Source of the DNA: Gammaproteobacteria bacterium
GTDB lineage: Bacteria > Pseudomonadota > Gammaproteobacteria > Arenicellales > Poriferihabitantaceae
Direction of reading: 5' to 3'
NCBI GenBank assembly: GCA_011088265.1
Contig: JAALKB010000006.1
Coordinates: forward strand, 1 to 51,427
Length of the DNA stretch: 51,427 nt
The notes under the pieces are model-generated. The model was not told the DNA's origin and made no database searches. It saw only the letters and a list, made by a program, of their open reading frames with translations. This document shows positions 1-9,964 of this stretch, one piece after another. The position numbers were made by a program, and so were the translations under genes. How positions within the stretch are numbered: the first letter of the stretch is position 1; every line of letters starts with the position of its first letter.

Positions 1-1
1 T

Positions 2-952
2 GTACGCACATTCAATGCCCATACCGCAGACTTTCAGAAACAGATTCAATTATTAAATGGGTTCTCACAGTTAAGGGAAGACTGGCATCAACCATTAGTC
101 CATGCCGTATTGATGCTAAAAAATCAGCGTGTAGTTCGACAAAAAGAAAGTGCGCTAATCATCGCGGGCATGATAGGCCAGATGTTAACGCTTTCTACCA
201 GACACGATATCCAGGGAGAACTGTCACAGATTGAGATAGATCAGCTTCACCTTGACATGAAACAAAGCCTACGTGAAATAGAACAGTTTCATCGACTGCA
301 AATTGAACAATTGTACAGATACCAGAAACTCGAGCGCCATGAGCAGAAATTATCCATCATCAATGACGATCTATTTTCAGAAGAAAGCTGGCAGCTATTC
401 GGACTTACTAGCGACCAACTTCTCGCAGCTGGTGCGATTGGGGGGGCTGCCACGGGCAGTACAATCGATCTATTAGCAAGCGGCTCTACGTTTTTTCTGG
501 GCACCGGAATTGGAGCTATCCTGGGTAGTTTAACCGCGCGGTTCGGCGCTGAAAAACTCGTAAAGTCTTCTACCACTAAAACCAACACCGGGCAAAAGCA
601 GGTGGTCGTTGGGCCAATCAAAAGCCCACATTTCCCCTACGTTATTTTAGGGAGAGCCATTTGTCACCACATGGCCATTGAAAGACGAACTCACGCCCAA
701 CGAATTCCTATCGAAGTGGTGGAAAATCAGAATATTACTCAGCGACTATTTCGCGAGGACAGAACAACATTCGACCGGGCTTTCGCAAAAATAAGAAAAC
801 GAGGAAACGACAACAAACGCCAAAAAGAGACGCTAGTCGAACTTATCGAGCAAAAATTGATGGACGCACAAACCCTTCTATCCAGTGGCATCCAGACCAA
901 TGATCACAATCCGACCGCCAGTGCTGCATCATCTACCAAACAATTTGATTGA
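2..952 (+). CDS. 5'-truncated DUF3482-like protein (usually the C-terminal part of a GTPase/DUF3482 protein)
   Basis: The frame is open from base 2 (VRTFNAH...) to the TGA at 952. The glycine-zipper segment LFSEESWQLFGL...GAIGGAATGSTIDL...GTGIGAILG resembles DUF3482. Confidence 0.6.
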   Translation, partial: VRTFNAHTADFQKQIQLLNGFSQLREDWHQPLVHAVLMLKNQRVVRQKESALIIAGMIGQMLTLSTRHDIQGELSQIEIDQLHLDMKQSLREIEQFHRLQIEQLYRYQKLERHEQKLSIINDDLFSEESWQLFGLTSDQLLAAGAIGGAATGSTIDLLASGSTFFLGTGIGAILGSLTARFGAEKLVKSSTTKTNTGQKQVVVGPIKSPHFPYVILGRAICHHMAIERRTHAQRIPIEVVENQNITQRLFREDRTTFDRAFAKIRKRGNDNKRQKETLVELIEQKLMDAQTLLSSGIQTNDHNPTASAASSTKQFD

Positions 953-980
953 AAACCGTCTGAGCGGGAAGTTTCTTTTA

Positions 981-2027
981 TCAGCATAGAGCAACTCCCA
1001 GAGTATATTCACTGAGAACATCTCGGCTGATACATCCCTGAGCATGAAGATTTCTCAGGCATTGATTCATGGTTTGCATGCCCATTTTTGCACCTGTTTC
1101 GATAACCGAATGCATTTGCGCCATCTTGTTTTCTCGAATTAAATGACGGATCGCAGATGTCACCATCATGATTTCCCAGGCAGCAATCCGACCTTCTTCC
1201 GTTTTAGGGACGAGCATTTGAGACACCACTCCTTTGAGTGCGCCTGACAACATGGAACGAATAATCGACTGTTCCCCGACTGGAAAAGTATCAATAATGC
1301 GATTGATTGACTGGGCAGCAGACAAGGTATGTAATGTAGAAAGCACTAGATGACCTGTCTCTGCGACGGTAATAGCCAAACGAATCGTTGCCAGGTCTCT
1401 CATCTCCCCAACCAGAATAACATCGGGATCTTCTCTCAAGGCAGCCTTTAATCCGCCTTCAAAACTATGAGTATGATCATGCAGTTGTCGCTGGCTGATT
1501 ATCCCTTGCTGGGATTGGTAGATAAACTCAATTGGGTCTTCGATGGTTAATACATGCACCTTTCTGTCGCGGATAATCGAGTCCACCATGGCAGCCATGG
1601 TGGTGGACTTACCACAACCAGTGGGTCCGCTGATCAAAACCAACCCATCCCTCATTTCACAAAACCTGCTAAAAACATTCGGCGCTGATATTTCCTCCAG
1701 AGTAGGAACACTGACTGGTATTACTCTAAAAACCGCAGAAATACCGTTCAATTGTCTAAAAACATTCACCCTGAAACGACCGATGCTGGAATTGGTAAAT
1801 GAAAAATCCACCTCACCACATCTTAAAAACTCCGCCTTTTTCGATTCACTCATTATCTCGAGTATCAATTCATCGATATTGAATGGCCCCGACGGTATCG
1901 GATATAAATCCTGTATTTCGCCGTGTTTACGGATACGAGGCGCTTTTGATGAAGCAAGATGTAAATCTGACGCATTGCTTTCAACAGCACGTCGTAACCA
2001 ATCCATTATTCTTCGATCTCTTTCCAT
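981..2027 (-). CDS. pilT: Type IV pilus retraction ATPase PilT (divergent)
   Basis: ASDLHL, GRFRVNVF, Walker A GPTGCGKSTT, TIEDPIE, REDPDVILVGEMRD, His box TGHLVLSTLHT and an AIRHLIRE motif. Divergent from yggS as is typical. AAGGAG lies upstream of the ATG at 2027. Confidence 0.93.
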   Translation of the reverse strand: MERDRRIMDWLRRAVESNASDLHLASSKAPRIRKHGEIQDLYPIPSGPFNIDELILEIMSESKKAEFLRCGEVDFSFTNSSIGRFRVNVFRQLNGISAVFRVIPVSVPTLEEISAPNVFSRFCEMRDGLVLISGPTGCGKSTTMAAMVDSIIRDRKVHVLTIEDPIEFIYQSQQGIISQRQLHDHTHSFEGGLKAALREDPDVILVGEMRDLATIRLAITVAETGHLVLSTLHTLSAAQSINRIIDTFPVGEQSIIRSMLSGALKGVVSQMLVPKTEEGRIAAWEIMMVTSAIRHLIRENKMAQMHSVIETGAKMGMQTMNQCLRNLHAQGCISRDVLSEYTLGVALC

Positions 2028-2331
2028 CCCTGAAACTCCTTCCAATAATCATCCATTTATAATCAGCCGTTCACCCCACCGGCACCCTCCAATAGAGCCA
2101 ACCAAACCTGATTCTGAAAACCAGAACTCCCAGGCTCTCTGTCCATCGTAACACGGGTCATGATACCGTTTTTGTTCCTTTCCCGGAAGAAACGGATTGC
2201 ATTGTCTTTTTCATCCAACGATACACCCCACCCACCAGCTATTTCTCGACCTTGTCTTGTGGGAATTGTCATAAATCCATTATCATCAACAGTCAAACTT
2301 AAACCATTGTTGACGCTTAATCCGACCAAAA

Positions 2332-3051
2332 ATGACGAACGAATCTGAACTACAGGCAAGATACGCCCAGACGGTTGATAAACTATCGAGCTGTGTCGAA
2401 AAATATAGCCGGGAGAAAGACTCCGTAACCCTCGTTGCCGTAAGTAAATTTCATGCTGCTGAGAACATTTTATCCCTCGCAAAAGTAGGACAAAACCACT
2501 TTGGAGAAAATTACGTTCAGGAAGGACTCGATAAAATAGAGCAACTAAAGCCCGAATTTGAAAAACTCGATCACCCGGTTCATTGGCATTTTATTGGACA
2601 TATACAAAGCAAGAAATGCAAACAGATTGCACCGAACTTTGATTGGGTACATACCGTCGAAAGCGAAAAAGTTGCCCAGAAGTTAAATCAACACAGACAG
2701 GGGCTACCCCCTTTGAATGTTTTGATCCAACTTAATCTACAAAATGAAGAATCGAAATCAGGCATTTCCCCGGATGAACTGCCAGAGCTAGCTTCCTGTA
2801 TTAGCGGATTGGAAAACCTAAGGCTTAGAGGCTTGATGATGATTCCAGCATCTACACCTGATATCGATGCCCAAAGAGACATCTTTAGACAATGCAAATC
2901 TCTACTCGACCAATTAAACGAAAGCGGTTTCGAGCTAGACCAACTCTCCATGGGTATGACAAACGACATGGATGCAGCGGTATTGGAAGGCTCTACCCAG
3001 GTTAGAATCGGGACTGCCATATTTGGGCCCAGACCAGTAAAAAACCCTTGA
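2332..3051 (+). CDS. yggS: PLP homeostasis protein YggS/PLPBP
   Basis: LVAVSK, FGENYVQE, WHFIGHIQS, LSMGMT.D and VRIGTAIFG motifs, in pilT/yggS/proC synteny. Confidence 0.96.
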   Translation: MTNESELQARYAQTVDKLSSCVEKYSREKDSVTLVAVSKFHAAENILSLAKVGQNHFGENYVQEGLDKIEQLKPEFEKLDHPVHWHFIGHIQSKKCKQIAPNFDWVHTVESEKVAQKLNQHRQGLPPLNVLIQLNLQNEESKSGISPDELPELASCISGLENLRLRGLMMIPASTPDIDAQRDIFRQCKSLLDQLNESGFELDQLSMGMTNDMDAAVLEGSTQVRIGTAIFGPRPVKNP

Positions 3052-3078
3052 GACCACGAATAGTCTTCGTGGTGTCTC
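3050..3078 (+). other. Intergenic stem-loop between yggS and proC
   Basis: GAGACCACGAA-tagtc-TTCGTGGTGTCTC is an imperfect inverted repeat with only a weak U-tract. It may be a weak terminator or an mRNA-stabilising hairpin. Confidence 0.35.
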
Positions 3079-3141
3079 TTGTATTTACGGCGGCCCATCC
3101 ATACTAACTAATTCTCCTCTACCCCCAATGAGCACAGATAC

Positions 3142-3969
3142 ATGACAACAAATACCATCGCATTTATCGGTGGAGGCAATATGGCATCCAGCATCATCGG
3201 AGGCCTGCGCGCTTCGGGTTGGTCTGCCAATCATATCAGGGTCTCCGATCCCTCCAGCAATCAACGTCAGAAACTCAAATCAGACTTTCAGGTGCAGTGC
3301 TTTGAGTCGAATACTGATTGTATTCGAGATGCTGAGATAATTGTATTGGCCACTAAACCTCAAATGCTTAAAGAGGCCCTAAAACCCATTTCCGAACCTT
3401 TGAGTCTCACCAAACCACTGGTTACGAGCATCGCCGCGGGCATAACCGGAACTGACATTCTAAAATGGATTGGTTCTCCTCTCCCGTTAATTCGAGTGAT
3501 GCCAAATACACCGGCTTTAGTAAATCGCGGAGTGTCCGCGATGTTCGCCAATCAATTATGCTCGGACGAGCATAAAAAAGCCGCCGACCAAATTATGGGG
3601 GCAGTTGGCAAAACAGTATGGGTCTCATCCGAGTCTGATATTGACACTGTAACCGGGATATCGGGAAGCGGCCCCGCTTATTTCTTTAAGCTCATGGAGA
3701 TCATGATAGAAAACGCAGTGAGAAACGGACTGACTGAGGAAGATGCCAAAATACTGGTTATCGAGACTGCCGCTGGTGCAGCGAAACTAGCAGGCAACAG
3801 TGAACAAACACCGGCTATTCTGAGAAAACAAGTCACCTCCCCCGCAGGAACCACAGAGGCCGCACTAATTTCCATGGAATCATCCGGGATCGATCAAGTT
3901 GTATCCAGTGGTATTGACGCAGCAATTGAACGATCCAGGGAATTAGCGATTATGCTGGGAGAACACTAA
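3142..3969 (+). CDS. proC: Pyrroline-5-carboxylate reductase
   Basis: IAFIGGGNMA Rossmann motif, RVMPNTP, SGSGPAY and VTSPAGTT. Confidence 0.97.
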   Translation: MTTNTIAFIGGGNMASSIIGGLRASGWSANHIRVSDPSSNQRQKLKSDFQVQCFESNTDCIRDAEIIVLATKPQMLKEALKPISEPLSLTKPLVTSIAAGITGTDILKWIGSPLPLIRVMPNTPALVNRGVSAMFANQLCSDEHKKAADQIMGAVGKTVWVSSESDIDTVTGISGSGPAYFFKLMEIMIENAVRNGLTEEDAKILVIETAAGAAKLAGNSEQTPAILRKQVTSPAGTTEAALISMESSGIDQVVSSGIDAAIERSRELAIMLGEH

Positions 3970-4550
3970 TGCCTTATGTACAAAATGCACTAGGTTTCAC
4001 GATAGAAACCATTTTCGGCCTTTTTCTTATTGCGGCAATTTTACGATTCCTCTTTGAACTACCAGGAGTTGACTCGCGAAACCCAATCGCTCAAACAGTT
4101 TTTGTTGCCACGAACTACCCTCTAAAAATACTTCGGCCTTTCATTCCCGGGCTATATGGCATCAACCTCGCTTCAGTTTTACTGATCATCATCATCTCCT
4201 TCCTCAAATACGGTTTACTAATAATCGTATCCGGATACCCATTTCACTTTACTGGCGTGCTGGTCATTGGGATTGGTGAAGCAATTAATACCACTACCTG
4301 GATTTTTCTTATCGCCATTATCGTACAGGCTATTTTGAGCTGGGTAGCGCCATCCAGTTACCATCCGATAATCGCAGCATTACGTGGACTGAGTGAGCCC
4401 GTTTTGAGCCTTTTCCGACGATTTCTACCAAATCTTCAAGGTTTAGATCTTTCTCCTATTCTCGCTATCCTCGCTATTAATCTGATTCAGAATCTAGTCG
4501 CTTACCCAATTATTGATTTTGGAAAAGCATTGATGATGAATTCGCTTTAG
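3969..4550 (+). CDS. yggT: YggT family membrane protein
   Basis: Two YggT repeats (NPIAQ...TNYPLK..RPFIP and LSWV...EPVL...RRFLP...DLSPILA). Translationally coupled to proC (TAATG). Confidence 0.92.
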   Translation: MPYVQNALGFTIETIFGLFLIAAILRFLFELPGVDSRNPIAQTVFVATNYPLKILRPFIPGLYGINLASVLLIIIISFLKYGLLIIVSGYPFHFTGVLVIGIGEAINTTTWIFLIAIIVQAILSWVAPSSYHPIIAALRGLSEPVLSLFRRFLPNLQGLDLSPILAILAINLIQNLVAYPIIDFGKALMMNSL

Positions 4551-4564
4551 CTCCCTTTAGCTCC
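4545..4564. repeat. Perfect 10-bp tandem duplication spanning the yggT stop codon
   Basis: CTTTAGCTCC x2, read directly from the sequence. Confidence 0.85.
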
Positions 4565-4608
4565 ACCCTCCGGGCTCCTTTTTTCTGCCATTGCCATTCC
4601 ACAACCAA

Positions 4609-6201
4609 CTATTCTGGCAGCTTTTGGATCAGAGGTCTTTTCCCAAGGTATAAAATTAATGCAATCACTGGAATACCCATAATAGCCGTTAAAGTGAAGA
4701 AATATTCGTAACCCAGAGCATTTACCATTGAGCCGGAGTACCCTCCAATGGTTTTTGGTAACAGTGTCATTAAAGAAGAAAAGATCGCATATTGCATCGC
4801 CGTAAATTTGACGTTAGTCAATGCAGACAGAAAAGCAATAAATGCTGCCGTGGCCACACCCGCGGATAAATTATCGGCGCTGATGACAAAATACAGCAAC
4901 CACATCTGATTTCCTTTCGTTGCCAGAAATACGAATAGAAGATTAGTCAGTGCCGATAAAACAGCACCCAGCAGCAGCACGCGGAATACCCCGAAGCGCA
5001 TGCACAGAATACCTCCTAGCCCACCACCGACCAATGTCATCATCAGCCCGAAAGACTTAACCACAGTGGCTATTTGCGTTTTCGAAAAGCCAGAATCGTA
5101 ATAAAAGACATTAGAAATAACCCCCAGTACAATGTCTGAAATTCGATACAACCCGATGAACAACAATATTAACCAAGCGGTTCTAATTCCATGTCGGCGA
5201 AAGAATTCCCTAACGGGTTCCAGATAAAGAGTGTCAACCACCGATTGCTCAACCAAACGTATTGCTACCAACGCTCGCGAAATTAGCCAAACGGCAACCA
5301 GCCCACAAGACAGTTTAAGAAGTTCTACCACCACCCCTGCTAATATTTTATTATTCAGCGCTTCGAACACGCTCGCCTTGATTCTGCTTTCGACACTTTC
5401 GCCAAAAAGGACATAAGTGAGAATAAAACCGCATACGCAAAAGAAAAATAGCACCAGTATTCTCACCCGGTTCATACTCTCCAAATGGGTATGATTTTTG
5501 GATGGGGATTCCGGCTCCGGAACAACAAGGGTAGTAATCACACCAATCAGCATAAATGCCGACATAATCAAATAGGCATTCCGCCAGGCAGTGTATTGAT
5601 ATGCCTGCTCCCCCGACCCAAGGTAGCTCGCTATTAACAGGGCTCCAGCGCCTGCAACTAACATTCCTATCCTATACCCTGCAATATACGCTGATGACAT
5701 CATTGCCTGTAGCCTGGTGGATGCGGATTCAATGCGATAGGCATCGATGACAATATCTTGCGTTGCCGAGGAGAAGCCCAACAAGACAGCAGACAGTGCC
5801 AGATAAACCAACACACCTTCCCTGCCAGCAGGATCAATCTGGGACATCAAGACAATCGCAAGGATGATGAATAACTGAGAGAGAAATAGCCAACTTCGCC
5901 TTCTGCCCAGCAGAGCAGTAAAAAGCGGAATCCGCAAGGTATCAACCAACGGAGCCCAAACAAACTTGAAGGAGTATCCAAGCGCCGCCCAGCTAAAATA
6001 CGTGACAACTGATCTATCGACCGAAGCCTCCCGTAGCCAAACAGACAAGGATGAAAAAATGAGTAGTATTGGTAATCCCGCTGAGAATCCCAGGAACAAC
6101 ATCGTGACTACCCGGGGGTGGAGAAAAACACTAATAGTTTCCTTAAAACCCAATCGTTTATTGGAATCATCTACATCAGAGTGATTGTTGTAGTCAGGCA
6201 T
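4609..6201 (-). CDS. ampG: AmpG-family muropeptide MFS permease
   Basis: LGFSAGLP, KFVWAPLVD, LGRRRSWL, SATQDIVIDAYRIE and FTAMQYAIFSSL. The start is uncertain (6201 versus 6255). Confidence 0.92.
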   Translation of the reverse strand: MPDYNNHSDVDDSNKRLGFKETISVFLHPRVVTMLFLGFSAGLPILLIFSSLSVWLREASVDRSVVTYFSWAALGYSFKFVWAPLVDTLRIPLFTALLGRRRSWLFLSQLFIILAIVLMSQIDPAGREGVLVYLALSAVLLGFSSATQDIVIDAYRIESASTRLQAMMSSAYIAGYRIGMLVAGAGALLIASYLGSGEQAYQYTAWRNAYLIMSAFMLIGVITTLVVPEPESPSKNHTHLESMNRVRILVLFFFCVCGFILTYVLFGESVESRIKASVFEALNNKILAGVVVELLKLSCGLVAVWLISRALVAIRLVEQSVVDTLYLEPVREFFRRHGIRTAWLILLFIGLYRISDIVLGVISNVFYYDSGFSKTQIATVVKSFGLMMTLVGGGLGGILCMRFGVFRVLLLGAVLSALTNLLFVFLATKGNQMWLLYFVISADNLSAGVATAAFIAFLSALTNVKFTAMQYAIFSSLMTLLPKTIGGYSGSMVNALGYEYFFTLTAIMGIPVIALILYLGKRPLIQKLPE

Positions 6202-6381
6202 ATGAAACTGTGTTTGATGTTGAACCAAAAACTGGGAACCAGGATAGAATTCCAATCAAATTTCAATGGAGTATCAGAAAGTAATGGCGTGGTTTGCAAC
6301 CGAGTCCATTATAATAACACTATCAGTTTGGTCTCGATGCGCTATCTGCTTTTTAATCCCCATTTCCTCTTTAGAAAATAT

Positions 6382-7026
6382 ATGCCTGATAATAGAAATG
6401 ATTTTATCAATCTCTGTTTGGAACACAACATTCTAAAATTTGGAGAGTTCACGTTGAAATCAGGGCGAATCAGCCCATACTTTTTTAATGCCGGTGGGTT
6501 CAACAATGGACATTTACTTTGTGCTCTTTCGAGATTTTATGCCACTTCCATAGTCGCCAACGTTCATGAAGACTTCATGCTCTATGGTCCAGCATACAAA
6601 GGCATTCCTCTGGCGTGTACAACTGCCTTACAACTGAGTCAAATGTACAATCGGAACATTCCCTATGCATTCAATCGGAAGGAAGAAAAAGACCACGGAG
6701 AAGGTGGAAATATTGTCGGTGCTCCGCTGCGCGATAATGTTGTTATTCTGGATGATGTGATTACTGCAGGAACTTCTGTTAATGAATCAGTCGAAATCAT
6801 AAAAAACGCGGGAGCGACGCCATCAGCGGTAGTTATCGCCCTGGACAGACAGGAAGTTGCGGATGATCAAGAACTCTCTGCCGTTCAACGAGTCGAGAAA
6901 GAACTCGGAATACCTGTCTATTCACTCATAAAACTTAGTGATCTAATCGACTTTCTTTCAATGAATACGGGGGATGATTTGTATATCGACACGGTCAGTG
7001 CCTATCGTGATAAATACGGAGTTTAG
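6382..7026 (+). CDS. pyrE: Orotate phosphoribosyltransferase
   Basis: LKFGEFTLKSGRISPYFFN, GPAYKGIP, FNRKEEKDHGEGG and PRPP motif LDDVITAGTS. The start is placed at the ATG at 6382 by homolog length. Confidence 0.97.
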   Translation: MPDNRNDFINLCLEHNILKFGEFTLKSGRISPYFFNAGGFNNGHLLCALSRFYATSIVANVHEDFMLYGPAYKGIPLACTTALQLSQMYNRNIPYAFNRKEEKDHGEGGNIVGAPLRDNVVILDDVITAGTSVNESVEIIKNAGATPSAVVIALDRQEVADDQELSAVQRVEKELGIPVYSLIKLSDLIDFLSMNTGDDLYIDTVSAYRDKYGV

Positions 7027-7422
7027 TAGCTTCATTTCGGAAACCTCTAAACCACTCGGTGCGATTCGAATCAGGACCAGGAATGGTCAATGGCTGAGGA
7101 GGAAAGTTATCATAATGCCTGATCCATTGGACGGTTCCCAACCCAGAGGCTTTCTGGAATACCATAGTCTTACCTAGAATAAATGGGCCAGAGAGGCCGC
7201 ACGGCAAATAGGAGTGTGAGTGTAATACGGGGGGATGAATGGAGAGGGGGGCGTAACAAGTAGAAAAGTTAGGTCTATCTGGATTCCTACCATCCAGGAT
7301 TCATAATAAGAAACAACCTCACAAGAAAAAACCTCCAGCTCAGAGCAATTCAGATAAAACCTGATAGCGCGCAGTTACTGAGAATCAGGAGAACTTTCAG
7401 ATGGACCTATAGCTGATAACCG

Positions 7423-7764
<342 letters not shown>

Positions 7765-7841
7765 TCAGGACATCAACCAAAAGATTTAGTACAAAAGATT
7801 TAATAGGGAATTTTCGAATGCTAACTCGAATGTACGATAAG

Positions 7842-7918
7842 TGGCGCGCCCGGAAGGATTCGAACCTCCGACCCCCTGGTTCGTAGCCAGGTACTCTATC
7901 CAACTGAGCTACGAGCGC
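7842..7918 (-). tRNA. tRNA-Arg(ACG)
   Basis: The reverse complement GCGCTCGTAGCTCAGTTGGATAGAGTACCTGGCTACGAACCAGGGGGTCGGAGGTTCGAATCCTTCCGGGCGCGCCA is 77 nt with anticodon ACG, T-loop GTTCGAATC and encoded CCA. Confidence 0.97.
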
Positions 7919-8114
7919 TTCAATTACTCAATATGAAAAAATATGAAAATCTGAATAAAAATCTGACGATTTGAATACAGCAAGTAGTCAATGATTTTCA
8001 GGACATATCCCATGGAACTCCATCCATTGATATACCACTCCGACAATCGAGCGCGGATAATACCCGGGTTTATTATTTATTGCAATTCGATCAAGGGATT
8101 CGAGAACCTGGCTA

Positions 8115-8204
8115 TGGCGGAGAGAGAGGGATTCGAACCCTCGATACGCGTTAACGTATACACCCTTAGCAGGGGCGCGCCTTCAGCCACTCGGCCACCT
8201 CTCC
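8115..8204 (-). tRNA. tRNA-Ser(GCT)
   Basis: The reverse complement GGAGAGGTGGCCGAGTGGCTGAAGGCGCGCCCCTGCTAAGGGTG...GGTTCGAATCCCTCTCTCTCCGCCA is 90 nt with a long variable arm and anticodon GCT. It sits in the canonical position after csrA. Confidence 0.97.
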
Positions 8205-8281
8205 GTATACAAACCTATTTCAAAAACCGTGAATTAATATCCTTACTACCTGACAACACCCGTTGCCTTCGCCCTTTTTAA

Positions 8282-8533
8282 TCAGGAATTATGTGGATCT
8301 GGTCTATCGGATATGAATCCATCATCAAAATTGTCATCATGACGACCAAAATTTCCTTCGTTACCGCTCTGCTCATGTTTGATTCTGTAATAGATTTCTT
8401 CTCTATGGACAGCTACATCTTTCGGCGCATTGATTCCAATTCGTACCTGGGTTCCCCGAACCCCCAAAACCGTTACACGGACTTCGTCTCCAATATATAG
8501 CGATTCACCAATTCTGCGGGTCAAGATTAACAT
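8282..8533 (-). CDS. csrA: Carbon storage regulator CsrA/RsmA with an acidic C-terminal tail
   Basis: [43 protein letters not shown], with RBS ACAGGAG and lysC-csrA-tRNA synteny. Confidence 0.97.
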   Translation of the reverse strand: MLILTRRIGESLYIGDEVRVTVLGVRGTQVRIGINAPKDVAVHREEIYYRIKHEQSGNEGNFGRHDDNFDDGFISDRPDPHNS

Positions 8534-8663
8534 TTTGCTCTGCTCCTGTATTTATTAACATGCTAATTGACATCATTGCTACATAACCATATAACCGTGG
8601 CACCCAGATGTCAGGCACGAAAAATAAACAATTTCTTCAGTTCTTACAACCCCCTAAACCAAA

Positions 8664-9887
8664 TCAATTAGTAAGATGTTCCAGACGGAAGGCTTTATGC
8701 AGGGTCCTAACGGCTAACTCGGCATATTCTTTATCGATGGTCACGGATATCTTGATTTCGGACGTAGAGATCATTTGAATATTGATCGATTTCTCAGCCA
8801 AAGCCTGAAACATCGTGGTCGCCACACCAGCATGAGAGCGCATTCCAATGCCCACCACGGATATCTTTGCGAGATTGGTATCTCCAATTACTGTTTGCGC
8901 TTTCAGATTACTAACCACTGGAGTTAATAACTCAACACTCTTATCAAGATCAACACCAGCAACCGTGAAAGTAAAGTCGGTTAATCCATCTGATCCGATA
9001 TTTTGAACAATCATATCGACATTTATGTGGGCCTCTGATACTGCCCCAATTATGTTGTAGGCAATGCCTGGCATGTCAGGCACTCCCCTTACGGTAATTT
9101 TCGCCTCGTCCATATTGGCGGTAATACCCGAAATTAAAGGTTGTTCCATTGAACTCTCCTCATAAGTAATTAACGTTCCAGGACCCGTTTCGAAAGAAGA
9201 CAACACCCTTAAAGGGACATTATATTTTCCAGCAAACTCTACCGAGCGAAGCTGCAGTACTTTTGCACCTGCTCCAGATAATTCCAACATTTCCTCGAAC
9301 GTGATCCGATCCAATCGCCGGGCTTCTGGTACAACACGAGGATCAGCGGTATAAACTCCATCAACGTCCGTATAAATCCGACATTCATCTGCTTCAAGCG
9401 CAGCAGCCAGGGCAACCGCAGTAGTATCGGATCCCCCCCTCCCGAGCGTCGTAATGTTATTTTCATTGTCCACTCCCTGAAAGCCCGCAACCACAACCAC
9501 CTGGTTGTTATCCAGGTCTTCCATCATCTTCTTGGAATCAATGTGAATGATTCTTGCCTTACTATGAACATTGTCAGTAAGAATTTTGACCTGCCCCCCG
9601 GTGTATGAACGTGCCCCAAGGCCAAGAGAATGCAGGGCCATCGATAGCAATGCAATTGTGACCTGTTCTCCGGTTGAAACCAATACGTCGAGTTCTCGTG
9701 CAGAAGGTTTTGCGCTGACGCTGTCTGCCAGACCCAACAAACGATTCGTCTCACCACTCATAGCCGAAACCACCACCACCACGCGATCTCCTCCCGCGAC
9801 AGACTCAGCGATGTTTTTCGCTACTGCCTGAATCCGCTCGGGAGATCCAACGGAAGTGCCACCATACTTTTCAACAATAAGAGACAA
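8664..9887 (-). CDS. lysC: Aspartate kinase
   Basis: KYGGTSVG, VVVSAM, TTLGRGGSDTTA, YTDVDGVYTADPR and two ACT domains ending STSEIKIS. TTG start. Confidence 0.97.
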   Translation of the reverse strand: MSLIVEKYGGTSVGSPERIQAVAKNIAESVAGGDRVVVVVSAMSGETNRLLGLADSVSAKPSARELDVLVSTGEQVTIALLSMALHSLGLGARSYTGGQVKILTDNVHSKARIIHIDSKKMMEDLDNNQVVVVAGFQGVDNENNITTLGRGGSDTTAVALAAALEADECRIYTDVDGVYTADPRVVPEARRLDRITFEEMLELSGAGAKVLQLRSVEFAGKYNVPLRVLSSFETGPGTLITYEESSMEQPLISGITANMDEAKITVRGVPDMPGIAYNIIGAVSEAHINVDMIVQNIGSDGLTDFTFTVAGVDLDKSVELLTPVVSNLKAQTVIGDTNLAKISVVGIGMRSHAGVATTMFQALAEKSINIQMISTSEIKISVTIDKEYAELAVRTLHKAFRLEHLTN

Positions 9888-9964
9888 TCTAAATTCGCTA
9901 CTGGTTATTTTGGCGCAGTATTTAAGCTGTTCCGGAACAAAATGTAAAGCATTAAATCAATTTG

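Noticed and set aside
2063-2482. 139-aa - strand ORF (or a 69-aa version from the ATG at 2272) upstream of pilT
   Set aside because: The long form overlaps yggS antisense. The short form has no recognisable motif or clear RBS, so it cannot be supported as a gene.
7842-8204. tRNAs as a possible integration site for an island
   Set aside because: No integrase, no duplicated tRNA 3' end noticed in the window, and housekeeping genes on both sides.
7991-8281. 96-aa + strand ORF containing MAEREGFEPS
   Set aside because: This is the well-known spurious translation of the antisense strand of tRNA-Ser.
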